Below are positions 34,217 through 43,287 of a stretch of 64,000 nt of DNA, piece by piece. The DNA comes from Candidatus Saccharimonadota bacterium (lineage in GTDB: Bacteria; Patescibacteriota; Saccharimonadia; CAILAD01; BJGX01), in NCBI GenBank assembly GCA_016191105.1, contig JACPPH010000008.1, positions 136,951 through 200,950 of the forward strand. The letters run 5' to 3'. Both the position numbers and the translations under genes were made by a program. Position 1 is the first letter of the stretch, and each line of letters begins with the position of its first letter. A model generated the notes under the pieces. It was given only the letters and a program-made list of their open reading frames with translations, was not told the origin of the DNA and searched no databases.

Positions 34217-34678
34217 GTGCCAAATAACACAATCGAGCTAGTAAAAGAAGTTATCGCCGATTTAGAAGCAAATGGAGTTAATGTTTTGCTTGGCGGCGGT
34301 TGGGCCGAAGAACGGCTTGGTCTAAAGGCGCCGTGGGCGCATGGCGATATTGATCTTTACTACATCGCTCAAAACTTTAATCTGCTAGATAGCTACATAG
34401 CTAAGCGCAATCTTAAGCTACACAAAAACAAGCCCCACAAACGGGCATTCAAGGTGAATGGCGTGCAGGTAGAGGTTATTCTTATACAACAAGATGAGGG
34501 TGGATATTTCTCTACTTACCAAAATCATTCCGATGTTGTCGATAAAGTTACTATTAGATGGCCAGACAACATAAAAACTGCTTGTGATCTTGGTATTGAA
34601 CACTTGAGTCCGACAGCCCTAAGATTCAAACGCAAAGTTCATAGGCAACTTTTCCCAGAGTCAGAGCATAGGGCCTAA
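34217..34678 (+). CDS. ANT(2'')-like nucleotidyltransferase family protein (PF10706-like)
   Basis: VNVLLGGGWAEERLGLKAPWAHGDIDLYY parallels ANT(2'')-Ia LPLWIGGGWAIDARLGRVTRKHDDIDLTF. Confidence 0.6.
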   Translation: MPNNTIELVKEVIADLEANGVNVLLGGGWAEERLGLKAPWAHGDIDLYYIAQNFNLLDSYIAKRNLKLHKNKPHKRAFKVNGVQVEVILIQQDEGGYFSTYQNHSDVVDKVTIRWPDNIKTACDLGIEHLSPTALRFKRKVHRQLFPESEHRA

Positions 34679-34764
34679 GTTCTAATTGGCTTAATGCCAC
34701 CATGACTTACAATTACCGCCGGCCGGCCATGAACCATACCAATCCGCTCTATACGCAAACCGCA

Positions 34765-34795
34765 TTCGGCACAAAATGCATCTGTGCCGGTTTGT
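34765..34795 (+). terminator. putative terminator hairpin
   Basis: cggcaca-aaatgcatc-tgtgccg followed by gtttg. Confidence 0.35.
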
Positions 34796-34928
34796 AGATT
34801 ACTTACCCAACTCTATCGCTACCAATTTCATTTAAATAGCACCTTATAAGGACTCCTGATTTGGCTTTGCTGGTACTTGCCAAAAGGCAGATGACCGTTC
34901 TTGCACCTTACCTCGATAACTTTTTGCT

Positions 34929-36041
34929 TCATGGCAATTGACTAACGTTGCGAACGCGCCGCAGGGTAAAGATGTTTTCGGGAGTTTGATACAAGCCACT
35001 TATGGTTGTAACTGCGGTACTAAAACCAGCCTTGCGCACCGCATCGATTGTGGTGCCATTAAAGCTGCCGTACGGGTAAGCCAGGGTGGTTATGGGCACA
35101 CCTAGCATTGCCTCAAGTTTTTGTTTGGCGCTCACAATCTCGAATGTCTGCAGCTCGGCATTTAGAACCGGAAGATTAGAATGATCAGCAGTGTGGTTGC
35201 CTATTTCAATTAGACCAGTTGCTAACGCCTGTCTAATCTGGTTCCAGTTTAAATAACTATCGCCACAATTGCCAGGTCTGCGCTCAACACCAATACACCA
35301 GTTAGAGCGTTCGCCAGCTGTAATCAAATACAGCGTGGCCTTAAAATGGTGTTTAATAAGGCTGGGCATAGCTGCTTGCTGGGCCGAAAAACCATCGTCA
35401 AAGGTAATAACCGCTGGCTTGGGCGGTGAGGTCATTTCGCCCGATATGATTTTGGCTGCCTCGGCCATACTAACAGTGGTGTAACCTTTGGCTGCCAATT
35501 GATTCATCTGAGAATCAAAATCGGCCGGCGGTTTGTGGTAAAACAATATTGGTAGCAGCACACTTTTGGTAGGGCTGTTTGCAGCAGCCACGGGTTTATT
35601 TGGTTGTTGCCTGGCATACAGAGCTTTGGCAAACTCTATTTGGGCGCTTCCCAGGCTCAATTTAGCCTGATTAATCTGGTTGTAGGCCTGCAGGTATTTA
35701 CGTTGCTTTATAAGGTCTCCAGTCTGTTGGATCTTCTGCTCGCTGCTAGACTGGTCGTCGAGGCTAAGATTGCTTTGAGTGGCTAGCTTTCTAAAAAGTT
35801 CTAATCGCTGCTGAAGGGCATTGGCTTGAGCGTTTAGGCGCACACTGCTAGCTGCCTGGCTACGTGCAATGGCGTGAGCTCGATAATATACAAAGCCTAT
35901 AGCTGCGGCATATAGAATAACCATTGCAATACTCAACAGGGTTAGCCAAAGACTCAAGTGCTGGCCTCGGCCTTTCGCAGACCCCCTGGACTTAGATTTT
36001 TTTGATTTTGATTTGCTGGCCGGGTGTTTTTTGGCTGGCAT
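34929..36041 (-). CDS. polysaccharide deacetylase (NodB-homology) with N-terminal TM anchor and coiled coil
   Basis: AVITFDDGFSAQQ (DD motif), HTADH (His motif), and C-terminal NodB-like blocks. Confidence 0.7.
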   Translation of the reverse strand: MPAKKHPASKSKSKKSKSRGSAKGRGQHLSLWLTLLSIAMVILYAAAIGFVYYRAHAIARSQAASSVRLNAQANALQQRLELFRKLATQSNLSLDDQSSSEQKIQQTGDLIKQRKYLQAYNQINQAKLSLGSAQIEFAKALYARQQPNKPVAAANSPTKSVLLPILFYHKPPADFDSQMNQLAAKGYTTVSMAEAAKIISGEMTSPPKPAVITFDDGFSAQQAAMPSLIKHHFKATLYLITAGERSNWCIGVERRPGNCGDSYLNWNQIRQALATGLIEIGNHTADHSNLPVLNAELQTFEIVSAKQKLEAMLGVPITTLAYPYGSFNGTTIDAVRKAGFSTAVTTISGLYQTPENIFTLRRVRNVSQLP

Positions 36042-36091
36042 AGTTTAACAAGATAACATACGAACAAAAGTAAAACAACTTAATAGCTTAA

Positions 36092-37378
36092 CTATAAAGA
36101 CAAGGTGGGTGCAGCCACATTAGTAGCTTGGGCTGGGTTAGTGGCTTGACGATCTTCTAAGCCAGCCTCGATTTCGAGTAAACGGTTATATTTAGCAACT
36201 CGTTCACCTCTAACTGGAGCGCCTATCTTTAACCCCATAGCGCCTATGCCGTAGGCTAAATCAACTATTAGGTCGTCATTGGTTTCACCCAGGCGTTGAC
36301 TGATTATCACCTTAGCGCTAGTGCTGCGAGCAGCCTTAATGGCTGCGAATGTTTCGCTAATTGAGCCGATTTGACTTGGTTTTATTACTATGGCGTCAAA
36401 TATCTTGTCTTTGTTGAGCTCTTCGATTTTTTTGCCGTTCGAAACCGTGTAATCGTCGGCGATTATCAAGAATTCTTTGTTGTCTTTGGGCATGCCTTTA
36501 ATAATTTCTAGACCCTCAAGATCGCTTTCGGCAAACGGATCCTCAATGGCGTACAGGCCAAACTTTTTATGCCAGTCCTGATACAATTTGTTCAGATCAC
36601 TAGCATGCAGTTTTTGAGCTTCTACTTGGTAAGTTTGGTCAGCAAAAAAACTATTGGCTGCGGCATCGATAGCCACATCAAATTTTTGGGCTTGCTTAGT
36701 GGCCAGCTGACTCATAGCTTCAAGCATTACCTCAATGTTGGCTCCAACGGGCGCTAGGCCACCATCATCACTACTCAGCAGCGCCGAGGGGCCGTAGAGG
36801 TTCTGCATAATAGTTTGAGCGGTATGATAAACTTCGTCTATTTGAGCAACTGCCTGCAATGGCTGGTTGGTTTGGGGGACGGCCATAAACTCTTCTATAC
36901 TCACGCCTGGAGCGTGCTTGCCACCACCAAAGATAGTAGCAAACAGCCGCGGAAACTCCGGACTGGTGCCATCAACCTCAGCTATATACTGCCAAACCGG
37001 CTTATTTTGCTCGGCTGCGCTCAACTTAAGATAAGCTGCCGATAGCCCCAAGATCGTATTGCTGCCCAAATTTTGTTTATTAGGTGTGCCGTCGAGCGCA
37101 ATAAGCAGGCTATCGAAGTCTTCTTGCTGGGCTAGTGGATAGCCGGTAAATTTATGGGCCAACACCTCGGTAATTACCTTTATACAATTAGTAACTCCCA
37201 TGCCGCCGTAAGTTTCGCCGCCATCGCGCTTTTCGACAGCCTCGTCTTTACCTCGGCTTTGACCAGAGGGCACCGAAAAAGTAGCTGTTTTGCCACTATC
37301 CGATACAATATTAACCCGCAGTGTTGGTACACCCCGAGAATCCAAAATCTGAACCGCCGATATATGCTTAATGTTCAT
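36092..37378 (-). CDS. eno: enolase
   Basis: MNIKHISAVQILDSRGVPTLRVNIV...SQRLGETNDD...; 428 aa. Confidence 0.9.
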   Translation of the reverse strand: MNIKHISAVQILDSRGVPTLRVNIVSDSGKTATFSVPSGQSRGKDEAVEKRDGGETYGGMGVTNCIKVITEVLAHKFTGYPLAQQEDFDSLLIALDGTPNKQNLGSNTILGLSAAYLKLSAAEQNKPVWQYIAEVDGTSPEFPRLFATIFGGGKHAPGVSIEEFMAVPQTNQPLQAVAQIDEVYHTAQTIMQNLYGPSALLSSDDGGLAPVGANIEVMLEAMSQLATKQAQKFDVAIDAAANSFFADQTYQVEAQKLHASDLNKLYQDWHKKFGLYAIEDPFAESDLEGLEIIKGMPKDNKEFLIIADDYTVSNGKKIEELNKDKIFDAIVIKPSQIGSISETFAAIKAARSTSAKVIISQRLGETNDDLIVDLAYGIGAMGLKIGAPVRGERVAKYNRLLEIEAGLEDRQATNPAQATNVAAPTLSL

Positions 37379-37479
37379 AAGATAGCTGTATGCTAAATTA
37401 TAGCATAAGCAGTAAGAAGAATTCTATGCGAAAGGGGCCCGTACAGGACCCCTAATCGCTCCTCATGGCGAACGACTAC

Positions 37480-37803
37480 CTAGCTGGCATCGTCATGTTC
37501 GTGTCCGAACCGCCGCTCATACGATCGCGCGCTTGGCTTGTGGTAGTGCCGCGTGTGAGTATTGCGCACGAAGCCTGTAACCTCTGGCTCCACCGAACTT
37601 GGTTTTGCACCGGTCTGCTCCCAGTCGTTGCCCGTTGCCAGATCCAGCATTGAGGCCACAGATTGTCTGCCCGTAGGCAGATATTGGCCAACACGCCGTG
37701 GATCTTGTGTGGCACAACCGGCTGACTGGCTACTTCTTCTGAGGAGCAGAACCCCGAGACCAGCTGCTCCAGCCCCGAGGATCACTTTGGTACGAAGTCG
37801 CAT
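37480..37803 (-). CDS. small signal-peptide protein encoded in a high-GC patch
   Basis: Strong RBS GGGAGG 8 nt upstream of the ATG at 37803, N-terminal hydrophobic signal. GC is far above local background, and several overlapping alternative-frame ORFs are typical of high-GC DNA. Confidence 0.35.
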   Translation of the reverse strand: MRLRTKVILGAGAAGLGVLLLRRSSQSAGCATQDPRRVGQYLPTGRQSVASMLDLATGNDWEQTGAKPSSVEPEVTGFVRNTHTRHYHKPSARSYERRFGHEHDDAS

Positions 37804-37880
37804 TACTAATACCTCCCTGTAGGCCGAAAATGCGATGCCGGCATTTTAACTTATATTTATCTGTTAATCAAAAAACCACC

Positions 37881-37932
37881 TGGTGACCCCAGGGGGAGTC
37901 GAACCCCCGTTGTCAGGATTAAAACCTGGTAC
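37881..37932 (-). pseudogene. 3'-half fragment copy of tRNA-Glu (anticodon loop mutated to UUUUAAU); tandem partial duplication
   Basis: Near-identical to 38046-38098 (T-arm, acceptor 3' strand, CCA, anticodon arm), but the 5' half cannot form an acceptor/D-arm. Confidence 0.55.
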
Positions 37933-38045
37933 CTTTCGTTATAAGTCAATTAGGGCTTACGCAAAAAGCTTAACGCCTTTTTGCTTCAGTCTCCATTAAC
38001 TTCTTCCTCTTAAATCAAAACACTTTGGTGACCCCAGGGGGAGTC

Positions 38046-38120
38046 GAACCCCCGTTGCCAGGATGAAAACCTGGTGTCCTAACCGCTAGACGATGGGGCC
38101 ACAAAGCAAGTGTTTTGATT
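38046..38120 (-). tRNA. tRNA-Glu (anticodon TTC), CCA encoded
   Basis: GGCCCCA-TC-GTCT AGCGGTTA GGAC-A-CCAGG TTTTCAT CCTGG-CAAC-GGGGG TTCGACT CCCCC-TGGGGTC-A-CCA. Confidence 0.85.
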
Positions 38121-38337
38121 TAGAAGGAACAATAAGCTGTAAGTTGAAATTTATAGCTTGAGCATAGTGGTTAGTGCTATCAATGTAAACTGAAGGCTTT
38201 CTTGTAACGCGACGATGGGACCATCAGCTAGTTTCTAGGCAAAAATAACCTCAAAATTATACCATTTATGCCTATATTCTTCAAGAGATTGGACAAGTGG
38301 TGGGTATTTAGGTATAACTTAAACCATAAGGATAATC

Positions 38338-38931
38338 ATGACAGACATCGAACCAAGAGCCTCAACTGAAGAACATGCAGCTTCAAGCCTAAGTGCCAAA
38401 GAGCTAGAGGCGCTCAAGCCGGATTCACAACTGGGCAGAGCAGTTGATCAGGCCGTTGCCAATGAAGACCAAATTGTTGCTGAAGAAGCCAGGGGGCGCG
38501 AGATAACCCCCGATCGTGCAGCTTCGATGCAAAGAGTGGCGCAGGCTATGGTTGAAGGCAAAGTAAAGCCCCCGGGCTCACCCGAAATACGTGATCAAGT
38601 ATTGCAAGAAATGAAGACCAGCCTGCAATCTTATGAGGCAACCGGCGATCCCTCGGAGCTTGTAGGGGTGTTTGATAAGTACCGGGTCGGCAGCAATACT
38701 GGCCAAGCAGAGATTGAGCGACTAACAAAAGCACGTAGAACCCTACAAGAGAAAATTGCCGAGTCAGATGCCAAGCTTCAGGCCGAAAAAGAGGCCAACA
38801 AGGCTGAGCGAAAGGCAAGGCTTGAGGCTTATGATCGGCGTCAGGCAGACGAAAAGGCTACCATCAAAGAAAGTCGAAAAGGCAAGTCGCTATCGCGCCG
38901 CTTCTTTAGCTGGTGGGCAGGAGAAAACTAA
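38338..38931 (+). CDS. hypothetical coiled-coil protein
   Basis: 197 aa, charged/coiled-coil. Stop overlaps the next start (TAATG). Confidence 0.4.
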   Translation: MTDIEPRASTEEHAASSLSAKELEALKPDSQLGRAVDQAVANEDQIVAEEARGREITPDRAASMQRVAQAMVEGKVKPPGSPEIRDQVLQEMKTSLQSYEATGDPSELVGVFDKYRVGSNTGQAEIERLTKARRTLQEKIAESDAKLQAEKEANKAERKARLEAYDRRQADEKATIKESRKGKSLSRRFFSWWAGEN

Positions 38932-39689
38932 TGGGCGGCGAAAAGTTTCCAGGCAACCATGATGGCGACAATGTAAGGCCGCTTGTGCCAAAGCTAGGCT
39001 CACCGAATAATCCTTTGCCAATTGACTCGCATTCAGATTTAGCAAACAAACCAAACAGTATTGTGACCGATGTAGACAAGAAGGCTAAAGCAGCGCGGCG
39101 AAAAAACCTGCGCCGAGGAGTTGTGGCCGGGTTGGCTGGCACAGCCATAACAGCCGCTGCTGTAGCTGGGGTGAGCCACGAGCAAGTCCGGCGCGAAAAA
39201 ACTGCCGAGACCAAGCCCGAAATTAAACCTCTAGATATTGAAGGTCTGCGCAAAGGTAATAGGATCTTGTATCTGCCGGGTGAGTTTAGGATTGATTTTA
39301 GTAAAGTTCGTGCCCGAACCAGCCCTCATGTCGAGGAGGACTCGGTAAGCGGTTCATCGAACCGTGTAGATATGGGCGAGGAGGCAATAACACAATCAAA
39401 CATAATGGTTGTAACGAATGAATACGGTGGAGCTGCATACGATAAATTTGGACCTTGGTATGTTTTGTTTGGCAGCAATGGCGAGGCTATATATGTAACA
39501 GCAAGCGATAATTCTAGTGGCGTGAGTCGCACCGGATCTGGTCAACTGCTCCAGTATGATAACAAGCAGATCGAGAGAGCGGCACAAGGAGGTGTAGTTG
39601 AAGACGCACTTACCTCCGGGGTTGTTATCAAAAACGAAAACGGGCAGAGCTCAGTAACCCCACCGTATAGAATAGAAAAAGGTCAATAA
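38931..39689 (+). CDS. hypothetical membrane-anchored protein
   Basis: ATG overlapping the upstream stop. Internal TM (GVVAGLAGTAITAAAVAGV). Confidence 0.4.
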   Translation: MGGEKFPGNHDGDNVRPLVPKLGSPNNPLPIDSHSDLANKPNSIVTDVDKKAKAARRKNLRRGVVAGLAGTAITAAAVAGVSHEQVRREKTAETKPEIKPLDIEGLRKGNRILYLPGEFRIDFSKVRARTSPHVEEDSVSGSSNRVDMGEEAITQSNIMVVTNEYGGAAYDKFGPWYVLFGSNGEAIYVTASDNSSGVSRTGSGQLLQYDNKQIERAAQGGVVEDALTSGVVIKNENGQSSVTPPYRIEKGQ

Positions 39690-39697
39690 ACGTGAAA

Positions 39698-39725
39698 GGG
39701 ACCCGTCCATGGTAGGACGGGTCCC
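39698..39725. terminator. bidirectional terminator hairpin between convergent genes
   Basis: gggacccgtcc-atggtag-gacgggtccc, a perfect 11-bp stem. Confidence 0.5.
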
Positions 39726-39745
39726 GGCGGACAAAATTATGTGGG

Positions 39746-40114
39746 CTAGGCGCCAGTTGGCGGCCGGCCGTTGCATTCGGCCGGAAGCCAAGCCCCGCCA
39801 TCGGCTCTGATACCTTGCGGGTTCAGTGACAAGATGGCCTGGGCTACCACTTGTTCGGGCAGCTCCTTGAAGTGCTGCCGAGCCAGCAACGTGGCGTTAC
39901 CGTTGCTGGTAGTTATCTTTACGGCTGCGGGCCAACGACCCTTGCAGCTCACGTAGTCACGCGAGCCGCCCAGGTTTTGGCCGATTGTGGCCAAGAACCA
40001 GATAGTGGTCGCCACCACCACCACCGCTGCCGCTGAGATGAACAGCATGCGAGCATATGCTCGCAGGTTCATCTGCTCTACGTGTGTCTCTTCAACAGTG
40101 TTCGACTTCGGCAT
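39746..40114 (-). CDS. small membrane-anchored protein encoded in a high-GC patch
   Basis: Start MPKSNTVEET at 40114 with RBS AGGAAAGAGGAAGG. One TM helix; very GC-rich. Confidence 0.4.
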   Translation of the reverse strand: MPKSNTVEETHVEQMNLRAYARMLFISAAAVVVVATTIWFLATIGQNLGGSRDYVSCKGRWPAAVKITTSNGNATLLARQHFKELPEQVVAQAILSLNPQGIRADGGAWLPAECNGRPPTGA

Positions 40115-40394
40115 CGCCTTCCTCTTTCCTCTCGTTCGTCGAAAAAAATTTGGTGCAAATGGGATTATATTATAGCACAAGAGCCGCTATCAGTCAACCT
40201 TTCGTAAACCTGAATCACGAAATATTTTCACCCTGTGTTTGCACATAAGCCTAAACAGTGGCAATATTGATCAGACTTTTTATGGCGGTTTGACAAATTT
40301 TAACAGGCAAGAAGTTAGTTTTTGTGATTCACATTCAAACCAACACCCATAGCAAGCATTGGCAGTTTAGGCCACCAGCCGCTACAATATAAGA

Positions 40395-41918
40395 GTGAAG
40401 ATTGATGCCACCTTATTTAAAAAAACCAAGATTATTGCCACTGTCGGCCCAGCCACCGAAGATAAGATAGAGGATCTACTAGCCGCAGGCGTAAACGGCA
40501 TACGTCTAAACTTTAGTCACGGCACTCATACTAGTCATTTGGCCGCCCTTGAACAGGCTCGGGCTGCCGCCAAAAAGCTCGATCGATCAGTTGCTATAAT
40601 AGCTGATTTGCAAGGGCCAAAGATCCAGGTGGGTAGCTTACCGGCCGGAGGTGTTGAGATTAGTGCGGGTCAGCAGATTAAATTCCAACACGGAGCCGAT
40701 TTTAGCAAAACGAGCATTATTCCTATCCAATATGATTTCAGCGCCATGGTGGCCAAGGGTGAACCGCTTTATCTGCGCGATGGTCAGATCAAGACTGTTA
40801 TTCGCTCGGTTAAAAAAGGCGTTGTGGTGGCCGAGGCTCAGAATTCTGGCAAGCTCATGAGCAACCAGGGTATAAATCTACCCGAAACTCATTTCTCGGC
40901 CTCGGTGCTTACCAAAAAAGACCGCCAAGACATTGACCTTGGAGTCAGTAAAAAGGCCGACTACATAGCCCTTAGTTTTGTGCAGACAGCAGCTAGTGTT
41001 CACGAGCTTAGAAAAATTTTGGCTAGCCACAAGTCAACAACTAAAATAATCACAAAAATCGAAACCCGACTGGCAGTTGAAAACTTAGAGGAAATTGTAA
41101 AAGCTAGTGATGCGGTTATGATTGCCCGTGGTGATTTAGCTATCGAGACGGCAAGCGAAGAAGTACCCATAATCGGCCGCGAGATTATCTTGCTAGCGCG
41201 CAAATACAAAAAAATCGTAATCATGGCCACCCAGATGCTCGAGGGCATGATGAATAGTACCCAGCCCACCCGAGCCGAAGCTAACGATGTGGCTACCGCC
41301 GTTAGCTTGGGGGTGGATTGTGTTATGCTTAGCGGCGAAACAGCGATTGGTAAATTCCCGATTGAGACTGTTCAAACCATGAAGCGAATAATTTTGCGAT
41401 CCGAAAAGTACTTTGTAGCCACCTCGATGGCTGTCGAAACCACAGATAGCGATGAAACAGAGCTGAATATAGAGGGCAGTAAAAGCCTGGTTGATAGGGT
41501 GGCCCAAAAAACTAAGCTTATTTTTACCCGGGAGCTGACGGCTGCTGGCAAGATTTCGACAGACATTGCTCAAAAGAGCATTAGCTTGAGCGCTATAACG
41601 TTGGCTGAACAATTGCGCGCTAAGCTGATCGTGGCCGAGACACTGAGTGGCAGCACCGCTCTCAGCCTTGCAAGCCTGCGACCCAGCGCCCCCGTAGTTA
41701 TAGCTAGCCCGCACGAGGTTGTTTGCAACCAATTGGCTCTGCTTTGGGGCGGTAAACCCTTCTTGGTAGGTAAAAACCAGCGCGGCTACGAGGCCGCTAT
41801 CAAAAAAATGAAAAGCCGCGGTGCCGTGAAAGACGGTGACTTTGTGGTTACGGCTTATGGCAAACAGCACAACGTGGCTGGTGGCACCGATACCATTCGT
41901 TTGCTCGAAGTTAAGTAG
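40395..41918 (+). CDS. pyk: pyruvate kinase
   Basis: KTKIIATVGPA, NFSHG, MIARGDL, and MLSGETA motifs. Confidence 0.9.
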   Translation: MKIDATLFKKTKIIATVGPATEDKIEDLLAAGVNGIRLNFSHGTHTSHLAALEQARAAAKKLDRSVAIIADLQGPKIQVGSLPAGGVEISAGQQIKFQHGADFSKTSIIPIQYDFSAMVAKGEPLYLRDGQIKTVIRSVKKGVVVAEAQNSGKLMSNQGINLPETHFSASVLTKKDRQDIDLGVSKKADYIALSFVQTAASVHELRKILASHKSTTKIITKIETRLAVENLEEIVKASDAVMIARGDLAIETASEEVPIIGREIILLARKYKKIVIMATQMLEGMMNSTQPTRAEANDVATAVSLGVDCVMLSGETAIGKFPIETVQTMKRIILRSEKYFVATSMAVETTDSDETELNIEGSKSLVDRVAQKTKLIFTRELTAAGKISTDIAQKSISLSAITLAEQLRAKLIVAETLSGSTALSLASLRPSAPVVIASPHEVVCNQLALLWGGKPFLVGKNQRGYEAAIKKMKSRGAVKDGDFVVTAYGKQHNVAGGTDTIRLLEVK

Positions 41919-41948
41919 GCCTTGTATAATAAGCACAAGCATTAATCT

Positions 41949-42725
41949 TTGGGCGGCAGACGCAAAATGAAGAAACTTATTGTTGGTAATTGGAAAATGC
42001 ACTTAGATGTGCCAGGCTCTAGCTTGCTAATTGCTAGAGTGCAACACGAGATTAAGGGTGGCAGCAGTGCCGTAGTGGTGGTTTGCCCGAGTTTTACCTC
42101 GTTGTTTGCTTGTCATCGCGAGCTCCAGGCCTACAAAGAACCAAAAATGGTGCTTGGAGCCCAGAACGTTTCACAGTTTGAAGAAGGCGAATATACAGGA
42201 GAAGTTTCGGCAACCCAGCTTAAGGGTTTGGTAAGATATGTGATTATTGGCCATTCCCAAAGGCGCCTTTACTATAGCGAAACAGATGAGCAAATAAGCA
42301 AAAAGATCTCACAAGCCTTGCGCTATAAGCTTAAGCCAATACTATGTGTAGGTGAAACTCTCAAACAGCGCCACGACAAACTGGCTACGCAAACTGTGCT
42401 TGATCAGCTAGATGAAGATCTAGATATGGTAACAGCAACCGATCTGGGCAAAATCGCCATTGCCTATGAGCCGATTTGGGCGATTGGTACGGGCGAATTT
42501 GCCAAACCGGCTCAAGTCGAAGAGATGGTGCAATTAATATTCGACGTGTTGCGCCAAAAGTTTGGCGAAGAAGCAGCCCAAAAAGTTAGAATTTTGTATG
42601 GCGGTAGCGTAGACGACCAAAATTCGACCACGTATTTAGCATTACCTCACGTTAGTGGATTGCTTGTAGGTGGCGCTAGTCTTAACTATCGCAAATTTGC
42701 CAAAATTATTAATAACCTTGGCTAA
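41949..42725 (+). CDS. tpiA: triosephosphate isomerase
   Basis: LIVGNWKMH, AYEPIWAIGTG, and YGGSV motifs. True start probably MKKLIV at about 41967. Confidence 0.9.
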   Translation: MGGRRKMKKLIVGNWKMHLDVPGSSLLIARVQHEIKGGSSAVVVVCPSFTSLFACHRELQAYKEPKMVLGAQNVSQFEEGEYTGEVSATQLKGLVRYVIIGHSQRRLYYSETDEQISKKISQALRYKLKPILCVGETLKQRHDKLATQTVLDQLDEDLDMVTATDLGKIAIAYEPIWAIGTGEFAKPAQVEEMVQLIFDVLRQKFGEEAAQKVRILYGGSVDDQNSTTYLALPHVSGLLVGGASLNYRKFAKIINNLG

Positions 42726-42771
42726 TCTGGTGGAATTGGTTACAATATAGCCATAATTTACAGGAGAAACT

Positions 42772-43284
42772 ATGTCGTTGAACGATGTCAAAATTGGTGG
42801 TGCCGCACCAAAAGAGGTAAACGTAATTATTGAGATCCCGCGCGGCAGTGGTAATAAGTATGAGCTCGACAAAGACACCGGCGCTATTTTTTTGGATCGA
42901 GTACAACCCACCAATCTAAAGCAGCCCTACGACTATGGCTATATCCCCCAAACCTTGGGTGATGACAACGACCCGCTCGATGCGCTAATTGTGATCGACG
43001 AGCCGCTTTACCCAGGCGTGGTTATACCCTCACGCGTGGTGGGGGTGTTATACATGGTAGATAGCGACGAGCAAGATGAAAAGATTGTCTGCGTGGCCGC
43101 CGACGATATGCACTACGAGCATGTGGTAGAGCTCAAGGACTTGGGCAAGCATTTTAAAGATAAAGTTGCCCACTACTTCGAACACTACAAAGACTTGCAA
43201 CACAAAAAAGTTGAAATTAGCGGTTGGGGCGAACGCGATGAAGCTTTAGAGATTATCGAGAAATATCGCTTAGACAAAAAGTAG
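42772..43284 (+). CDS. ppa: inorganic pyrophosphatase
   Basis: VNVIIEIPRGSGNKYELD and DPLDALV motifs; 170 aa. Confidence 0.9.
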   Translation: MSLNDVKIGGAAPKEVNVIIEIPRGSGNKYELDKDTGAIFLDRVQPTNLKQPYDYGYIPQTLGDDNDPLDALIVIDEPLYPGVVIPSRVVGVLYMVDSDEQDEKIVCVAADDMHYEHVVELKDLGKHFKDKVAHYFEHYKDLQHKKVEISGWGERDEALEIIEKYRLDKK

Positions 43285-43287
43285 GCC

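Noticed and set aside
37465-37822. Five mutually overlapping ORFs (both strands) in the high-GC patch
   Set aside because: Typical open frames of GC-rich DNA. Only 37480-37803 (-) has a canonical RBS and is retained, with low confidence.
37881-37957. Possible complete suppressor tRNA with anticodon UUA
   Set aside because: Only the 3' approx. 52 nt resemble tRNA-Glu. The upstream 25 nt cannot form an acceptor 5' strand or D-arm, so this is a partial duplication, not a gene.
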